From IMG/VR virus record IMGVR_UViG_3300033076_001014, positions 1 to 38,359 of that record: a DNA stretch of 38,359 nucleotides. One strand, 5' to 3'. Below are positions 9,206 through 19,479 of this stretch, piece by piece. Position numbers and translations under genes: made by a program. The notes under the pieces were generated by a model. The model worked only from the letters and a program-made list of their open reading frames with translations, had not been told where the DNA came from and did not search any database. Positions within the stretch are counted from its first letter, which is position 1. Every line of letters starts with the position of its first letter. This DNA is from a virus (lineage: Duplodnaviria > Caudoviricetes).

Positions 9206-9890
9206 TGCGGCGTTTTCTGAGCTAAGAATTTCCGGGATAACTTCTGGCCCGAGCGCGGATGATATTGAGCTGGCGCTTGAGGCGCTGGAAGATATGATGC
9301 GCCCGTTGTGCGATAAATACCCGACGCTTGGCTACAATTTTGAAGAGGTGCCTGATCCTAATACCTTATCAGGCATCCCCGCTTGGGCGAATAACGCTAT
9401 TCAGCTAAAACTTGGCGATACTATTGGATTTCGCTATGGGAAAGGAGTTGATTTAAAGCGCCTTGGCGGTGCTATGTCGCATCTGTCAACAAAGCTATCG
9501 CCTACACCGAACTATCAAAACTCCTCGCATATGCCTTCAGGGCGCGGAAATTCGTGGTGGAATACTTTCTCGGATCGTATGCCGCCTTATGAAACCGCTG
9601 ATCCGTCGTCTATTGTTTTGGCGATTGGTGATACCAGGCTTATATCGGAAGACCTCTCCAATTATTTCCGACCAGGGGAGACGCTGCTTAATGTCGTTTT
9701 AACATCAGACCCGCAGTTGGTATTTACTTCCCTGACTACATCCGGCAATACTGCTTCATTCAATGTCGCGGCAAATGGTGTTGTTGGTGTCAATTTTAAA
9801 GTTAATATCGCCGTAACCGGCACATTGGGCAGCGTATCTAAGCGAATCCTATTTTTTACTGTCGTCGATCAATTGCCGGTAGGTGAATAA
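9180..9890 (+). CDS. Head-tail adaptor (P22 gp4-like) with extra C-terminal beta domain
   Basis: MKTKIELINAAFSELRI, ALEALEDMM, LGYNF and MPSGRGN are gp4 motifs. About 85 additional C-terminal residues. Confidence 0.8.
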   Translation: MKTKIELINAAFSELRISGITSGPSADDIELALEALEDMMRPLCDKYPTLGYNFEEVPDPNTLSGIPAWANNAIQLKLGDTIGFRYGKGVDLKRLGGAMSHLSTKLSPTPNYQNSSHMPSGRGNSWWNTFSDRMPPYETADPSSIVLAIGDTRLISEDLSNYFRPGETLLNVVLTSDPQLVFTSLTTSGNTASFNVAANGVVGVNFKVNIAVTGTLGSVSKRILFFTVVDQLPVGE

Positions 9891-11293
9891 TGGGGCAGAT
9901 TCCAGTACCAATTATTCGCGGTGATCGAGTGCTAGATAATGGCGACTATGGCGATTCGATTCCAATCAATATGACCGCTGTTGCCAAAGAGATTAAAGGC
10001 GCAGCAGGGTATTTGATTTCACACGATGGCTTAGCGTTGGCTTACACCGGGCAAGGCATTGATCGCGGCTCCATTTACAACGAGCGCTGGAAAAGATCAT
10101 TCAGGGTATCTGGGCAGAAGTTGATTGAAATAACCGGCGCTGGCGTGGTTGTCATTGGAGACGTTTTGGGATCGGCGCGCTGCCGTTTTTCCTATTCATT
10201 TCAATCAATAATGATTGTTTCAAGCGGAAATGTGTACCGATACGACGGCACCACTTTAACGTTAATGACCGACCCAGATTTTGGCCGCCCGATTGACGTT
10301 TGGTGGGCCGATCAGTATTACCTATTTACCGATGGTGAGTACCTATATCATACAGATGTAAACGATGAGACAAGCATTAACCCGCTCAAATTCGCCACGT
10401 CAGAAATTAGCCCAGACCCAACGCTATCCGGTGGACGTACCCAGGATAATTTAGTAATCGCCCTTAACCGATACACATCTGAGTATTTCATCAACCAAGC
10501 AAACGATAATTTTGCCTATTCGCGGATAAATCAAAAGGCGGTTAATGTAGGAATTGTTTCAACCGGAGGATGGGTTGAGATTAAGGGCCGTGTATACCTG
10601 CTAGGCGGGGCAAAGAATGAAGCTGTTAGCGTTCATGTGCTGGGGGCTGGGCAAGCCGAGAGCATTTCTACCCGGTACATCGACGGAATTCTTGAAAGTT
10701 ATTCAGAGGCCGATTTAAGTGTTGCTTGGCTTGAATCACGTGTGTCAAAACAAGATCAGTTTTTGTATTTGCACCTTCCAAACCATGTTTTTTGTTTTTC
10801 CATTTCAATCGCTGAAAAATTAGGAAAGGACGTGGCCTGGAGCGAATTGCGCAGCCCAGGGGATACCCCGTGGCGCGGGTGTAATGGTGTTTATGATGTA
10901 AACCGAAATGCGTGGTATTACGGGGATAAGCTAGGCCCAAACATTGGGCGTCTGTCAGATACTACCGCTGGGCATTATGGTGTTGCAGTTACATCGCAAT
11001 GGGAAACCCCGCTAATCCCGATGGAAGGGCTAAGCATTAACCAGATTGAAATCAATAATGTGTCTGGGTTTGGTGCGTCAGATACGGCAATTTTTGTTAG
11101 CCGAACGCTGGATGGCATAACGCACGACACTGAATGGAGCCGCTACGTCTCAATGGATCTAAATTATTCAATGCGCTATGTCGTGCGCCGATTAGGGCGC
11201 GTTAGTAAGCAGATCGCTTTTAAATTCCGCACTCTAAACACTGAAAAAATCAATGTTAGCGGTTTAATGGTCGAACACGATGGCCCAGGTTAG
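9890..11293 (+). CDS. Tail hub / packaged DNA stabilization protein (P22 gp10-like)
   Basis: 467 aa, DYGDSIPINM, GIDRG, FRVSGQKL, ATSEISPDP and C-terminal RRLGRV...FKFR. Confidence 0.88.
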   Translation: MGQIPVPIIRGDRVLDNGDYGDSIPINMTAVAKEIKGAAGYLISHDGLALAYTGQGIDRGSIYNERWKRSFRVSGQKLIEITGAGVVVIGDVLGSARCRFSYSFQSIMIVSSGNVYRYDGTTLTLMTDPDFGRPIDVWWADQYYLFTDGEYLYHTDVNDETSINPLKFATSEISPDPTLSGGRTQDNLVIALNRYTSEYFINQANDNFAYSRINQKAVNVGIVSTGGWVEIKGRVYLLGGAKNEAVSVHVLGAGQAESISTRYIDGILESYSEADLSVAWLESRVSKQDQFLYLHLPNHVFCFSISIAEKLGKDVAWSELRSPGDTPWRGCNGVYDVNRNAWYYGDKLGPNIGRLSDTTAGHYGVAVTSQWETPLIPMEGLSINQIEINNVSGFGASDTAIFVSRTLDGITHDTEWSRYVSMDLNYSMRYVVRRLGRVSKQIAFKFRTLNTEKINVSGLMVEHDGPG

Positions 11294-11981
11294 CACCCGA
11301 TATTACATAAGCGAGACCGACGTTGCCCAATTGATTGGATTAGGTAATTTCCCTGCTCAGTTTTCTACCCTGTTCACCCGCGACTATGCAGCGTTAAAAA
11401 GGGATGTTGGAAGTACGGAAGACAGGCTAAAAGATGCCGAAACCCGTTTAAATGGAATTGATGATGAAATAGCGATAATTATTGTCAGATTAGACGATCA
11501 TGACTCATATCTGGCCGGCCTAGACTCCAGGCTTGATGCGGCAGAGGCTACGATTGTTAATCACGAATCAAGACTTGACTCTGCAGAGGCTACAATTCTT
11601 GACCATGAATTGAGAATTGATGCAGCTGAAACAAATATCACAACGCTGCAGGATGGCTTAACAGATCACATAGCCGACAGGACTACTCACGGGGCAACCG
11701 GGAACATTGTTGGGACTGATGATTATTGCACAGCCGTAATCGGTGGGACTGTGTTACTTGCAAGCGCAGTGGCTAATGCGGTTCCTGTTTCTGTTTCGAT
11801 TGCGAGTACGCCAAACGCAGCCGGGGTGGCTTATTTGCAAGCCGACGCGGCTACATGGGTTGCAATGCTCAACGAGATTAAAACCGATTTTAATACGTTT
11901 GTAACTGAGGCTAACGCAGCCATTACGCAGCTCAATGCATTGTTAGCGGCAGAACGCGCCGCCAAGCAGTTGGCTCCATGA
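11280..11981 (+). CDS. Tail needle (P22 gp26-like)
   Basis: 233 aa, heptad repeats RLDAAEATIVNHE/RLDSAEATILDHE/RIDAAETNI, position after gp10. Confidence 0.8.
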   Translation: MAQVSTRYYISETDVAQLIGLGNFPAQFSTLFTRDYAALKRDVGSTEDRLKDAETRLNGIDDEIAIIIVRLDDHDSYLAGLDSRLDAAEATIVNHESRLDSAEATILDHELRIDAAETNITTLQDGLTDHIADRTTHGATGNIVGTDDYCTAVIGGTVLLASAVANAVPVSVSIASTPNAAGVAYLQADAATWVAMLNEIKTDFNTFVTEANAAITQLNALLAAERAAKQLAP

Positions 11982-12415
11982 TTAAAAAAATCGATCACAT
12001 AGATGATGTGGAAATGGCGGCGATATTAAAGCTCGCTCTGATGGAAGATCAAAGCCCGCAGACTTGGGAACCGCCTGTTAGCGATGATTTTATGGTTGTA
12101 CAGTATGGGTATTTTAACGGAAATGAATTGTGCGGCGTTATTTTGCTACTAAGAGCAAATGGCGTGATGTGGGATGCCCACATAGCATTTAAGAGAAAGG
12201 CCTATGGAATGGCGCTGGACACAGCAATATTTGTTATGTCGCAGATGTTTAAACGAGACGATTGCCTAAAAATTAAATCAGAAATACCTAGCAATAAACC
12301 GCACGCAATAAGCCTTGCAAAGCGTTTAGGATTTAAAATGATTGGTATTAACGAGCGCTCTATAATGAAGGGCGGCAGATTGCTAGATTTAACCATTTTT
12401 ACGAGAGGTGCCTAA
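11978..12415 (+). CDS. P22 gp14-like GNAT-fold protein (DUF2824-like)
   Basis: WDAHIAF, AISLAKRLGFKMIG, synteny between gp26 and gp7. Confidence 0.75.
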   Translation: MIKKIDHIDDVEMAAILKLALMEDQSPQTWEPPVSDDFMVVQYGYFNGNELCGVILLLRANGVMWDAHIAFKRKAYGMALDTAIFVMSQMFKRDDCLKIKSEIPSNKPHAISLAKRLGFKMIGINERSIMKGGRLLDLTIFTRGA

Positions 12416-13050
12416 TGGGCGGCGGTGCTAGTTTTATAGGTAAAGGCATTCAAAGTTTTGGTGTCACAATGGGGGCTCTTGCTAGAGGTAAGGGCGAGCG
12501 ATCGGCAGAGAGAGCTGCGCAGCAAGGATCTCAGCAATCAGACGAGCAACTTAGGCAGGCCCAGGTTGAGGCGTCTGGATTATATAGCCCATATCGAGAA
12601 ATGGGTCTAAATGCTTTTGCAAAGGCAATGCAGATGGCGCAACAGCCACGCGATCAAAACCAGTTTTTGCAGAACTATTTTCAGGGCCCAGAGTATCAGA
12701 TTTTAAATGATCAGGCACAGCAAACATTGTTGCGAAACCAGTCGGCGACGGGAGGCTTTAGAAGCGGTGCTACCCAAGTTGGACTTGGACAAATTGCACC
12801 TATGCTTGGGATTCAGGCTTTACAGCGTCAAAATGCACTTGATCAACAGCAGTTTGGGAATCTTATGGGCATTGCCCAGCCTGGGTATAACGCGACCAAC
12901 GCTCAGGCGGCGCTTAGGTCAGGACTTGGTGAGCAGCTTGCGAAAGGTGCCATGTTCAGAGGTCTCAACAAAGCGCAATCTAAGCGCAATCAATACAACA
13001 ATATTGGCCAGGCTAATGAAGACCTTGGCGCCATTTGGGGGGACTTCTAA
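12415..13050 (+). CDS. DNA ejection protein (gp7-like)
   Basis: YSPYREMG, YFQGPEYQ and NQSATGGFRSGATQ are gp7-like motifs. Confidence 0.8.
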   Translation: MGGGASFIGKGIQSFGVTMGALARGKGERSAERAAQQGSQQSDEQLRQAQVEASGLYSPYREMGLNAFAKAMQMAQQPRDQNQFLQNYFQGPEYQILNDQAQQTLLRNQSATGGFRSGATQVGLGQIAPMLGIQALQRQNALDQQQFGNLMGIAQPGYNATNAQAALRSGLGEQLAKGAMFRGLNKAQSKRNQYNNIGQANEDLGAIWGDF

Positions 13051-14366
13051 TGCCTTTACGTGAAATGGTTCAGAACATGCAGGGGCTTGCTCAGTTAGCA
13101 GAAATGCGTCGGCAGGCAAAGAATCAGGAAGAGGATAGGGCTAGGCAAAAGGCCGGGATTGAGGCGCTTAATTCATACGTTGCCACAGAGCAGGCCGGGA
13201 ACCCTGATATGTCTCTGTTTTACAAAGCGGTTACTCAGGCACCAGAGGCTGCTAGCAATGTTTTAAAAGGCATCGGCATCGACAAAGAAAACAAGGCCCG
13301 CGATGCCTCTCAATTTATTCTCGAAGCGACCCCAGTTATTGACAATCGAGACGAGTTTTTGCGCCGCGTTGATAATCGAATTGCGATGCTACAGCAATCA
13401 GGTCGTGATGCGTCCGATACTCAAGCTTTAAAGCAGCAGTATTTAAGCGGTGATATTGCCGGGGCAAAAAAGAATTTGCAGGGCGTTGCTGCGGCTCTAG
13501 TCGGAAGCGGATACCTACAACCAAAGGCCTACGATTATGCATTTGGCCCTGCTCCCGGAAGTATGGACGAGTACCAAAAGGCTACTATTGGGCTGAAAAA
13601 TAAAGAGCTTGCGCTTGATCAGCAGAGGCTTGGCATTGAGGCTCAGCGCGTAAGTTCTGCCGCTGCGACTGGATTGGCGGGAACGTCAAACCAAAAAGAT
13701 TGGGCCACCTATCAGAATTTGTTAAAAACTGATCCAGAATCAGCAAAAACATTTGGCCGTGCAGCTGGTTTTCTTTCTAAAGAAGGTCAGCAACTTACAG
13801 GATTCAGCGAAAAGCAAATTGCCACTGCATCGGATGAATATAACTCTGCTTCTCAGGCGGCGGGAAGATATGCAACTTTAGCCGAGCAGATTAGGGCTAA
13901 AAGCATTGGAGGAGGATTGCCGTCAACTTGGGCTGAAACACTAAAAGATATAAGCGGAAATCAAGACGAAATAACTCAGCTTAAAAAGTCTGTAATGGAG
14001 GTCGTCAATAGCGAGGCTATCAAGGCATTGCCACCTGGGCCAGCCACCGATAGAGATATAGCTTTGGTTAGAGAGCCTTTCCCGACTGCCAGGGCAAATG
14101 GCGAATATATTGCGAATTGGCTCGGAGCCGTTGCTAGATTAAATGAAAAGCGCGCCCAATATGCAGAGCACAAGGCAAATTTTATCGCCCAAAATGGTGG
14201 GCAGCGTAATGCACAGGGCGAAACTGTTTTGAGTAGCTGGAAAAAGCTTCAGTCAGAGCAGGCACCCGCTCAAGATAACAAGAAGCAAGGAGGCGTTTTG
14301 CATGTTGATGCCAATGGCAATAAGGCTATTGTTTACCCAGATGGCAGCTATGAGGAAGTTCAATAA
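13050..14366 (+). CDS. DNA ejection protein (gp20-like)
   Basis: Helical Q/A-rich protein with LPPGPATDRDI motif. Likely start is ATG 13050 overlapping the gp7 TAA. Confidence 0.75.
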   Translation: MPLREMVQNMQGLAQLAEMRRQAKNQEEDRARQKAGIEALNSYVATEQAGNPDMSLFYKAVTQAPEAASNVLKGIGIDKENKARDASQFILEATPVIDNRDEFLRRVDNRIAMLQQSGRDASDTQALKQQYLSGDIAGAKKNLQGVAAALVGSGYLQPKAYDYAFGPAPGSMDEYQKATIGLKNKELALDQQRLGIEAQRVSSAAATGLAGTSNQKDWATYQNLLKTDPESAKTFGRAAGFLSKEGQQLTGFSEKQIATASDEYNSASQAAGRYATLAEQIRAKSIGGGLPSTWAETLKDISGNQDEITQLKKSVMEVVNSEAIKALPPGPATDRDIALVREPFPTARANGEYIANWLGAVARLNEKRAQYAEHKANFIAQNGGQRNAQGETVLSSWKKLQSEQAPAQDNKKQGGVLHVDANGNKAIVYPDGSYEEVQ

Positions 14367-16312
14367 TGGCATTTGATCTATCCACTGCCAAGCCGATAAA
14401 AGGCGGGTTTGATTTATCGACCGCAAAGCCTATTGGCCAGCAGCAAGAGCCTTCCGCCCTGTCACTTGAGGCGCCAGGAACGCAAATGCAGGAGCAGGCT
14501 CCAGCTCAGCCGGAATATGGGATTGGCGACCGCTTAAAAGGCGCTGCAGAGGCCGCCGCTACCATTGGCACTGGAATGACTACCGGACTTGTAGGTGCAG
14601 GTCTTGGAACTATACGAGGCCTTGGAGAATCGGTTATGTCAGGGCAATTTGGCACCCAGCAAGGAGCTGATTTGGTTGAGCGCCGTGCTCAGCAAGGGAT
14701 GGAATCGCTCACATACTCGCCAAGCACGCAGGCCGGTCAACAATACGCCGCAGAGGTTGGGCAAGCATTACAGCCATTGGCTAGCATTGCGCCGGTTTTT
14801 CCGGGGGCGTCGGGTGCTGCTGCCGGTTCTATTGGCGCGGCCACTCAGGCGGCAGAAGCCGCTGCAAGAGTTGGAGCGCAGCGGTTAGGACAAGCCGGAG
14901 CGTCGGCAGCTAGATCAGTTGGCTCGTTGCCAGGCCGCGCACTTGAGGCGGTCGGACTTCGAGAGGCAGACGTTGCTGATCAATTCGCAGGCCCTGCTGG
15001 CGGTTCCGCAGCCGCCAACCTGTCAGGAATGCGTGAAAACGTGGCCGGTCAATTGCCTGTTCCAGTGAACCTAACGCTTGGCGCCCGCACTAGAAACCCA
15101 AACCAATTGTCGTTTGAAAAAGAGCAGATGAAAACCGCTCTTGGTCAGCCATTGCGCGACCGCGCAGAGCAGAACATTACCGAGATTAACCAGAATTTTG
15201 ACGCCCTGGTTGATATGGTTGGAAGCCAGGAAACAGCAATAGGGCCTAGCGCTATAGGCCGACGAGTTGTTGATACATTGGCGCAAGGCTACGACATAGC
15301 CAAAAAGAAAACAAACGAGGCCTACAAGCGAGCAGAAAATTCACAAGAGGCTTTGCTTCCTGTTGATATTTCGCAGCCTGTAACGATTGGGCAAGGAGAG
15401 CAGGCGCTAACCACCTCATTAATTGACAACCTTAATTCATACCCTATTGGCCTGCCGACTACCAAGCTGGTTACTCATGCGCGAGAGTATGCAAAGCGCT
15501 TAGGTATAGCTGCGGAAGATGACGCTGGGAATTTGGTTCCGTTGCAAACTAACGTCAGAAATTTGGAGGCGTTTAGAAAGGAAATAGTGGCCGCCACCGG
15601 TTATGAACCAACAGACGTTCGCCAGGCCACCATAATTAAAAAACTAATTGATGCCCAGGTTGAGCCGTTGGCTGGCCCGCTTTATAAAAAAGCGCGAGAG
15701 CTTAGAACGCTGCAAGCCAAGAAATACGAAAACCGCGCCATTGTCGCTGACCTAATCAATAACAAGCGTGGCACAGATGACAGAAAGGTTGCGATTGATC
15801 GAGTTTTTAACGAAACGATTTTAAACGGTTCGCCGGATGAGATTGGTTTTCTGCGCGGGGTTATCCTTACTTCTGGCAAGGGCGGGCGCCAAGCGTGGAA
15901 AGAGTTGCAAGGTGCAACCATTAAGCACCTACAGGATGAGGCGACAAAAGGAATGAATACAACCTCAACCGGTGAGGCTGTTATAAGTACGGCAAAGCTA
16001 AACAATGCTGTTAATGCGCTGGATAAGAACGGGCGCCTAGATTTGGTTTTGGGCCGAAAAAATGCCGCCATTGTTCGCGACCTTAACGACGTTGTGAAAT
16101 ACGTAAACACTGTGCCGCCAGGAACTCTTATAAACAGCTCAGGAACAGCCGCGACATTGATGGCCGCCATTAGCGAGGCTGGGCTAACCGGAGCTGTTAC
16201 AGGGCTTCCCGTGCCGGTATTGAGCGCCCTCAAAATCATGCGCAAGCAAGTGCAAGACAAGAAAATTAAAAACAAAATAGACAGAGCTTTAAACAGTAGG
16301 CCGAACCCATGA
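14366..16312 (+). CDS. DNA ejection protein (gp16-like)
   Basis: Third ejection position, A/G/Q-rich, N-terminal FDLSTAKPI repeated twice, INSSGTA near the C-terminus. Confidence 0.75.
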   Translation: MAFDLSTAKPIKGGFDLSTAKPIGQQQEPSALSLEAPGTQMQEQAPAQPEYGIGDRLKGAAEAAATIGTGMTTGLVGAGLGTIRGLGESVMSGQFGTQQGADLVERRAQQGMESLTYSPSTQAGQQYAAEVGQALQPLASIAPVFPGASGAAAGSIGAATQAAEAAARVGAQRLGQAGASAARSVGSLPGRALEAVGLREADVADQFAGPAGGSAAANLSGMRENVAGQLPVPVNLTLGARTRNPNQLSFEKEQMKTALGQPLRDRAEQNITEINQNFDALVDMVGSQETAIGPSAIGRRVVDTLAQGYDIAKKKTNEAYKRAENSQEALLPVDISQPVTIGQGEQALTTSLIDNLNSYPIGLPTTKLVTHAREYAKRLGIAAEDDAGNLVPLQTNVRNLEAFRKEIVAATGYEPTDVRQATIIKKLIDAQVEPLAGPLYKKARELRTLQAKKYENRAIVADLINNKRGTDDRKVAIDRVFNETILNGSPDEIGFLRGVILTSGKGGRQAWKELQGATIKHLQDEATKGMNTTSTGEAVISTAKLNNAVNALDKNGRLDLVLGRKNAAIVRDLNDVVKYVNTVPPGTLINSSGTAATLMAAISEAGLTGAVTGLPVPVLSALKIMRKQVQDKKIKNKIDRALNSRPNP

Positions 16313-18495
16313 GCTACACAGCAGAACAACCTATTCAGTACACGCCAGACCCGTCAAAGCTCGGCGCTTTAGCCGGTGGCAAAGTATGGTTTGGAGTTCC
16401 AAACGGAAACCCTGCATCAGTACCTGGAGACAGGATTCAAGTTTATCTGGCGCGCCAAGGCCTTTCAGATTTAGCCATTGCGCAGCCAATTGATATTGGC
16501 CCAGGTGGCGTGTGGTACTATCAAGGATCACCAGCGCAAATAAAAGTACTAGTTCCGTATTCTGTGCAGGTTATGAACAGCCTAGGAGTACAGAAGTATT
16601 ATGCGCCTTTATCTGGAGACGAAATATTAGCTTTTCAAAATATGCAGTCAGACATTGATAATATTACTGCATCATTGAATGAACGAATTTTAATAGTTGA
16701 TAATTTCGCGGCGCTTGCATCTGCGGCAGTGCAAATTGGTGATCAAGTTTCGACTCTTGGCCATACCGTTTCCGGTGTTGGTGGTGCTGTATATTCAGTT
16801 GTTTCTCCTACGGGACTTATATCTGACGGCGGTTATATTCTAGTTGATGGGCCAATAGCATTTGTGGCCCAAGGAATTGAGAACTTTCCTATTACATTAT
16901 TTGGCGCGCAGCCTGGCGGACTGGTTGACGCTATTTCGGCTATAAATTTAGCGAAAGCAAAAACAGCTTATCCATTTGTCCCGGCGGGTACGTTTTTGGT
17001 CTCTACGCTTGATAATTGTCACGGTTTGTGGGGTGACGGATCAATTAAATATAACGGGGTGACCTATCCGCTGCCAAAATATCCACGAGAGGATAATTTT
17101 GTTATTCCAGACTTCACTCGCTATGCGTGCGCTGGTACGACTTGGCACCCCCTAATTCTTGTTGGCGACAGTATCACAGAGGGCTCGAACGCGATTGATT
17201 GGAAAGAGGACAACTATGCGTCGATAATTAAAAAAGCTTGGCAGAACAAGTACGGTAATAATAATTTAGGTTTTGCGCCGTTTGATATGGTTGTATACGA
17301 CAATATACCGTCGTCCACTAAATACCCGCATTATGTAACTCGATCAGGGTTTAGCATTTACTATGCGTTCAAAGACGATTATTTTGGCGGGTGTGCCATC
17401 CGTTCAAACACCATCGGAGAGTGGGTGGAGACCACATTTACCGGCAAAGACACCGTTATTGTTTATGAGCAAGACTCATCAAACGGTTCAATTCTTGAGG
17501 TATTCCTGGATGGCGTTAGCGTCGGCACAATCGACACCAAAGCCGCTTCAACAAATTTCCTTTCCGGCCCAGTGGCAAAGGCTAGCTTTTCAATTCCGAT
17601 TACTGCGGCGAATTACGGGCTCCACACAATTAGGCTGGTAAATACCCAGGCGAAAACCGCAACGCTGTGCGGAGCTGTATATCTTGAAGACTCCGCAAAT
17701 ATCGCCCCACTGGTGTTCAATTGTGGGCGCTCGTCAATATCCTTATCTGATATTCCGAATAATATTCTGGATATTTATGCTGGATCGACTGGTCTTAGCG
17801 TTCTTGCTCTTGGCGTTAATGACCAGCTGAACTCCAAGCCGCTCGCCACGTTCAAATCCAAAATCGAATATTTTTTAAGCCGAGTAACTACGGTAGAAGG
17901 CAAGTGCATTTTGCTTGACTTTATGTTTAGCTTGCCTGAAAGCAATGCATATAAGACCGCCCTGAGAGATAGGGCATGGGTATACGGGTATCCGTTCGCC
18001 GACATCGGCAAGCAGTGGCTGCAAGGCACAACGGAAAACCAATTTCTATCTTATCTTGATGCCGATGGTATTCACCCGACAACCCCAGGGCAGGCCTACA
18101 TAGCGTGTGAAGCGTTGCGCATGATGGCGATGCCATACACCAAGGGGACTGCAGCTGCCGGAACTTTCGCGATCCCTATCAAGCAGCCAGCCCTAGTGGC
18201 GGACTGGGCAGAATTTAATGCCAGCTATGACACTGCTAAATATGCTCGCGGCCCCGGAGGAGTGGTTACACTATCAGGTACGATTAAAACAACTACTGGA
18301 AAAGCTGCGTACTCGACAATTTTTACGATTTCAGAAGCTTCTGCACGGCCTGAGAAAACTTTGATATTTAATTGCAATATGAACCACCTCTCGACAGAGA
18401 TTGAGGTGCACCCGACAGGAGAAGTTAAAGTTGGTAACACCGCTATTCCTGCTGGAGGTTTCCTATCTCTATCAGGGATTAGCTATATGACCTAA
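16309..18495 (+). CDS. Tailspike with P22-like head-binding domain and SGNH esterase domain
   Basis: N-terminal GKVWFG..NP...QVY...AQPIDIGPGG...YSVQV head-binding pattern. SGNH blocks GDSITEG, NCGRSS, LGVND and DGIHP. Confidence 0.85.
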   Translation: MSYTAEQPIQYTPDPSKLGALAGGKVWFGVPNGNPASVPGDRIQVYLARQGLSDLAIAQPIDIGPGGVWYYQGSPAQIKVLVPYSVQVMNSLGVQKYYAPLSGDEILAFQNMQSDIDNITASLNERILIVDNFAALASAAVQIGDQVSTLGHTVSGVGGAVYSVVSPTGLISDGGYILVDGPIAFVAQGIENFPITLFGAQPGGLVDAISAINLAKAKTAYPFVPAGTFLVSTLDNCHGLWGDGSIKYNGVTYPLPKYPREDNFVIPDFTRYACAGTTWHPLILVGDSITEGSNAIDWKEDNYASIIKKAWQNKYGNNNLGFAPFDMVVYDNIPSSTKYPHYVTRSGFSIYYAFKDDYFGGCAIRSNTIGEWVETTFTGKDTVIVYEQDSSNGSILEVFLDGVSVGTIDTKAASTNFLSGPVAKASFSIPITAANYGLHTIRLVNTQAKTATLCGAVYLEDSANIAPLVFNCGRSSISLSDIPNNILDIYAGSTGLSVLALGVNDQLNSKPLATFKSKIEYFLSRVTTVEGKCILLDFMFSLPESNAYKTALRDRAWVYGYPFADIGKQWLQGTTENQFLSYLDADGIHPTTPGQAYIACEALRMMAMPYTKGTAAAGTFAIPIKQPALVADWAEFNASYDTAKYARGPGGVVTLSGTIKTTTGKAAYSTIFTISEASARPEKTLIFNCNMNHLSTEIEVHPTGEVKVGNTAIPAGGFLSLSGISYMT

Positions 18496-18915
18496 TTCTT
18501 TGGTGATACTTATGCAAGCAATTCCATAATATCCATACTCAATGCAGTCTTTAGTTTTAACTAATGGAATCACGGACGATTCTATGAACCCTGCCGCCAG
18601 TTTAAAGCTGGTTTTTTCTCGAAACACAGGCAAATAACGGTTGTACTGCATGCCGTTTAGCGTGGTGCAGTACAGCGTTATATAAAATTCCCAATCGACT
18701 ATTGTATCCATGGCGAAATTAAACGCATGCTTATTGCTTTTGTAGTGCTCTGCCAATGCTTCTAGCCCGCGCGTTTCATAGTGCATCTGGGCCTTGCTTT
18801 TCTTGCCCCACCTGGCCTTTTTTACCTCTATCCAGGTGCTGTTATGGGCGATAGTAACCCCATGCAGTAGGTGCACAGGGTTAGCCTTTGGCATTCGTAA
18901 AAACATATTACTCAT
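18472..18915 (-). CDS. Hypothetical protein
   Basis: 147 aa, last gene of the leftward operon, overlaps the tailspike 3' end by 24 nt. Confidence 0.6.
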   Translation of the reverse strand: MSNMFLRMPKANPVHLLHGVTIAHNSTWIEVKKARWGKKSKAQMHYETRGLEALAEHYKSNKHAFNFAMDTIVDWEFYITLYCTTLNGMQYNRYLPVFREKTSFKLAAGFIESSVIPLVKTKDCIEYGYYGIACISITKELGHIANP

Positions 18916-18992
18916 TTGTTTCTGGACTTCACGACAAAAGCGATTGAAAGGATGATTAATGCCAGCGTTGACAGTGCTATAACGTCGTTCAT
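18912..18992 (-). CDS. Small single-TM peptide (26 aa, MNDVIALSTLALIILSIAFVVKSRNK)
   Basis: Manual translation. ATGA overlaps with both neighbours. Confidence 0.6.
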   Translation of the reverse strand: MNDVIALSTLALIILSIAFVVKSRNK

Positions 18993-19465
18993 TTTTTATT
19001 ATTCCCGTAGTGATCGGCTAAAAGTTCAAGATTGCGGCCCTTCATAACAACAGCTTTTGCCTTCTGCCGGTCTTTAATGCCGCGATTCTTTATGGCCTTT
19101 TCGGCAGCTGTAACTGTCTTGTGCAGTTCGCCTAGCTGCTCCCCGTGATAAAACGCCTTGAACTTACCGCTTTGCGGATCTTGCCTAATGCTGATCTGTT
19201 TTCCGAACGATGAGCGCAGGTTAGAAACAGTAACCTCCAAAAAATTGAGCTCTGCTGATGACATTGAGCTGATATAGGTTGGCGCCATCGAGTGTCCGGC
19301 TGGCGGCAGAACTTCAATCTCCCGGCCTCGTTTTAAGAACTCCTCAACCTGGAGCGCTATCTGCTCCCGTTCCTCATCTCGCGCCTTGTGATCAGCTATC
19401 GCGTGGTTTGTCTCCTGGCCGCGTCGGACTATTAAGACATTAAATTCATTTTGGCTTAAGCTCAT
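18989..19465 (-). CDS. Protein with SutA-like RNA-polymerase-binding motif
   Basis: KARDEEREQIALQVEEFLKRGREIEVLP resembles the SutA core helix motif (EEFLxRGGxI/V). RBS CCTGGGGAGG. Confidence 0.55.
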   Translation of the reverse strand: MSLSQNEFNVLIVRRGQETNHAIADHKARDEEREQIALQVEEFLKRGREIEVLPPAGHSMAPTYISSMSSAELNFLEVTVSNLRSSFGKQISIRQDPQSGKFKAFYHGEQLGELHKTVTAAEKAIKNRGIKDRQKAKAVVMKGRNLELLADHYGNNKK

Positions 19466-19479
19466 AAAACCTCCCCAGG

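Noticed and set aside
15682-16329. 215-aa minus-strand ORF
   Set aside because: Antisense shadow of the gp16-like gene with no RBS or motif.
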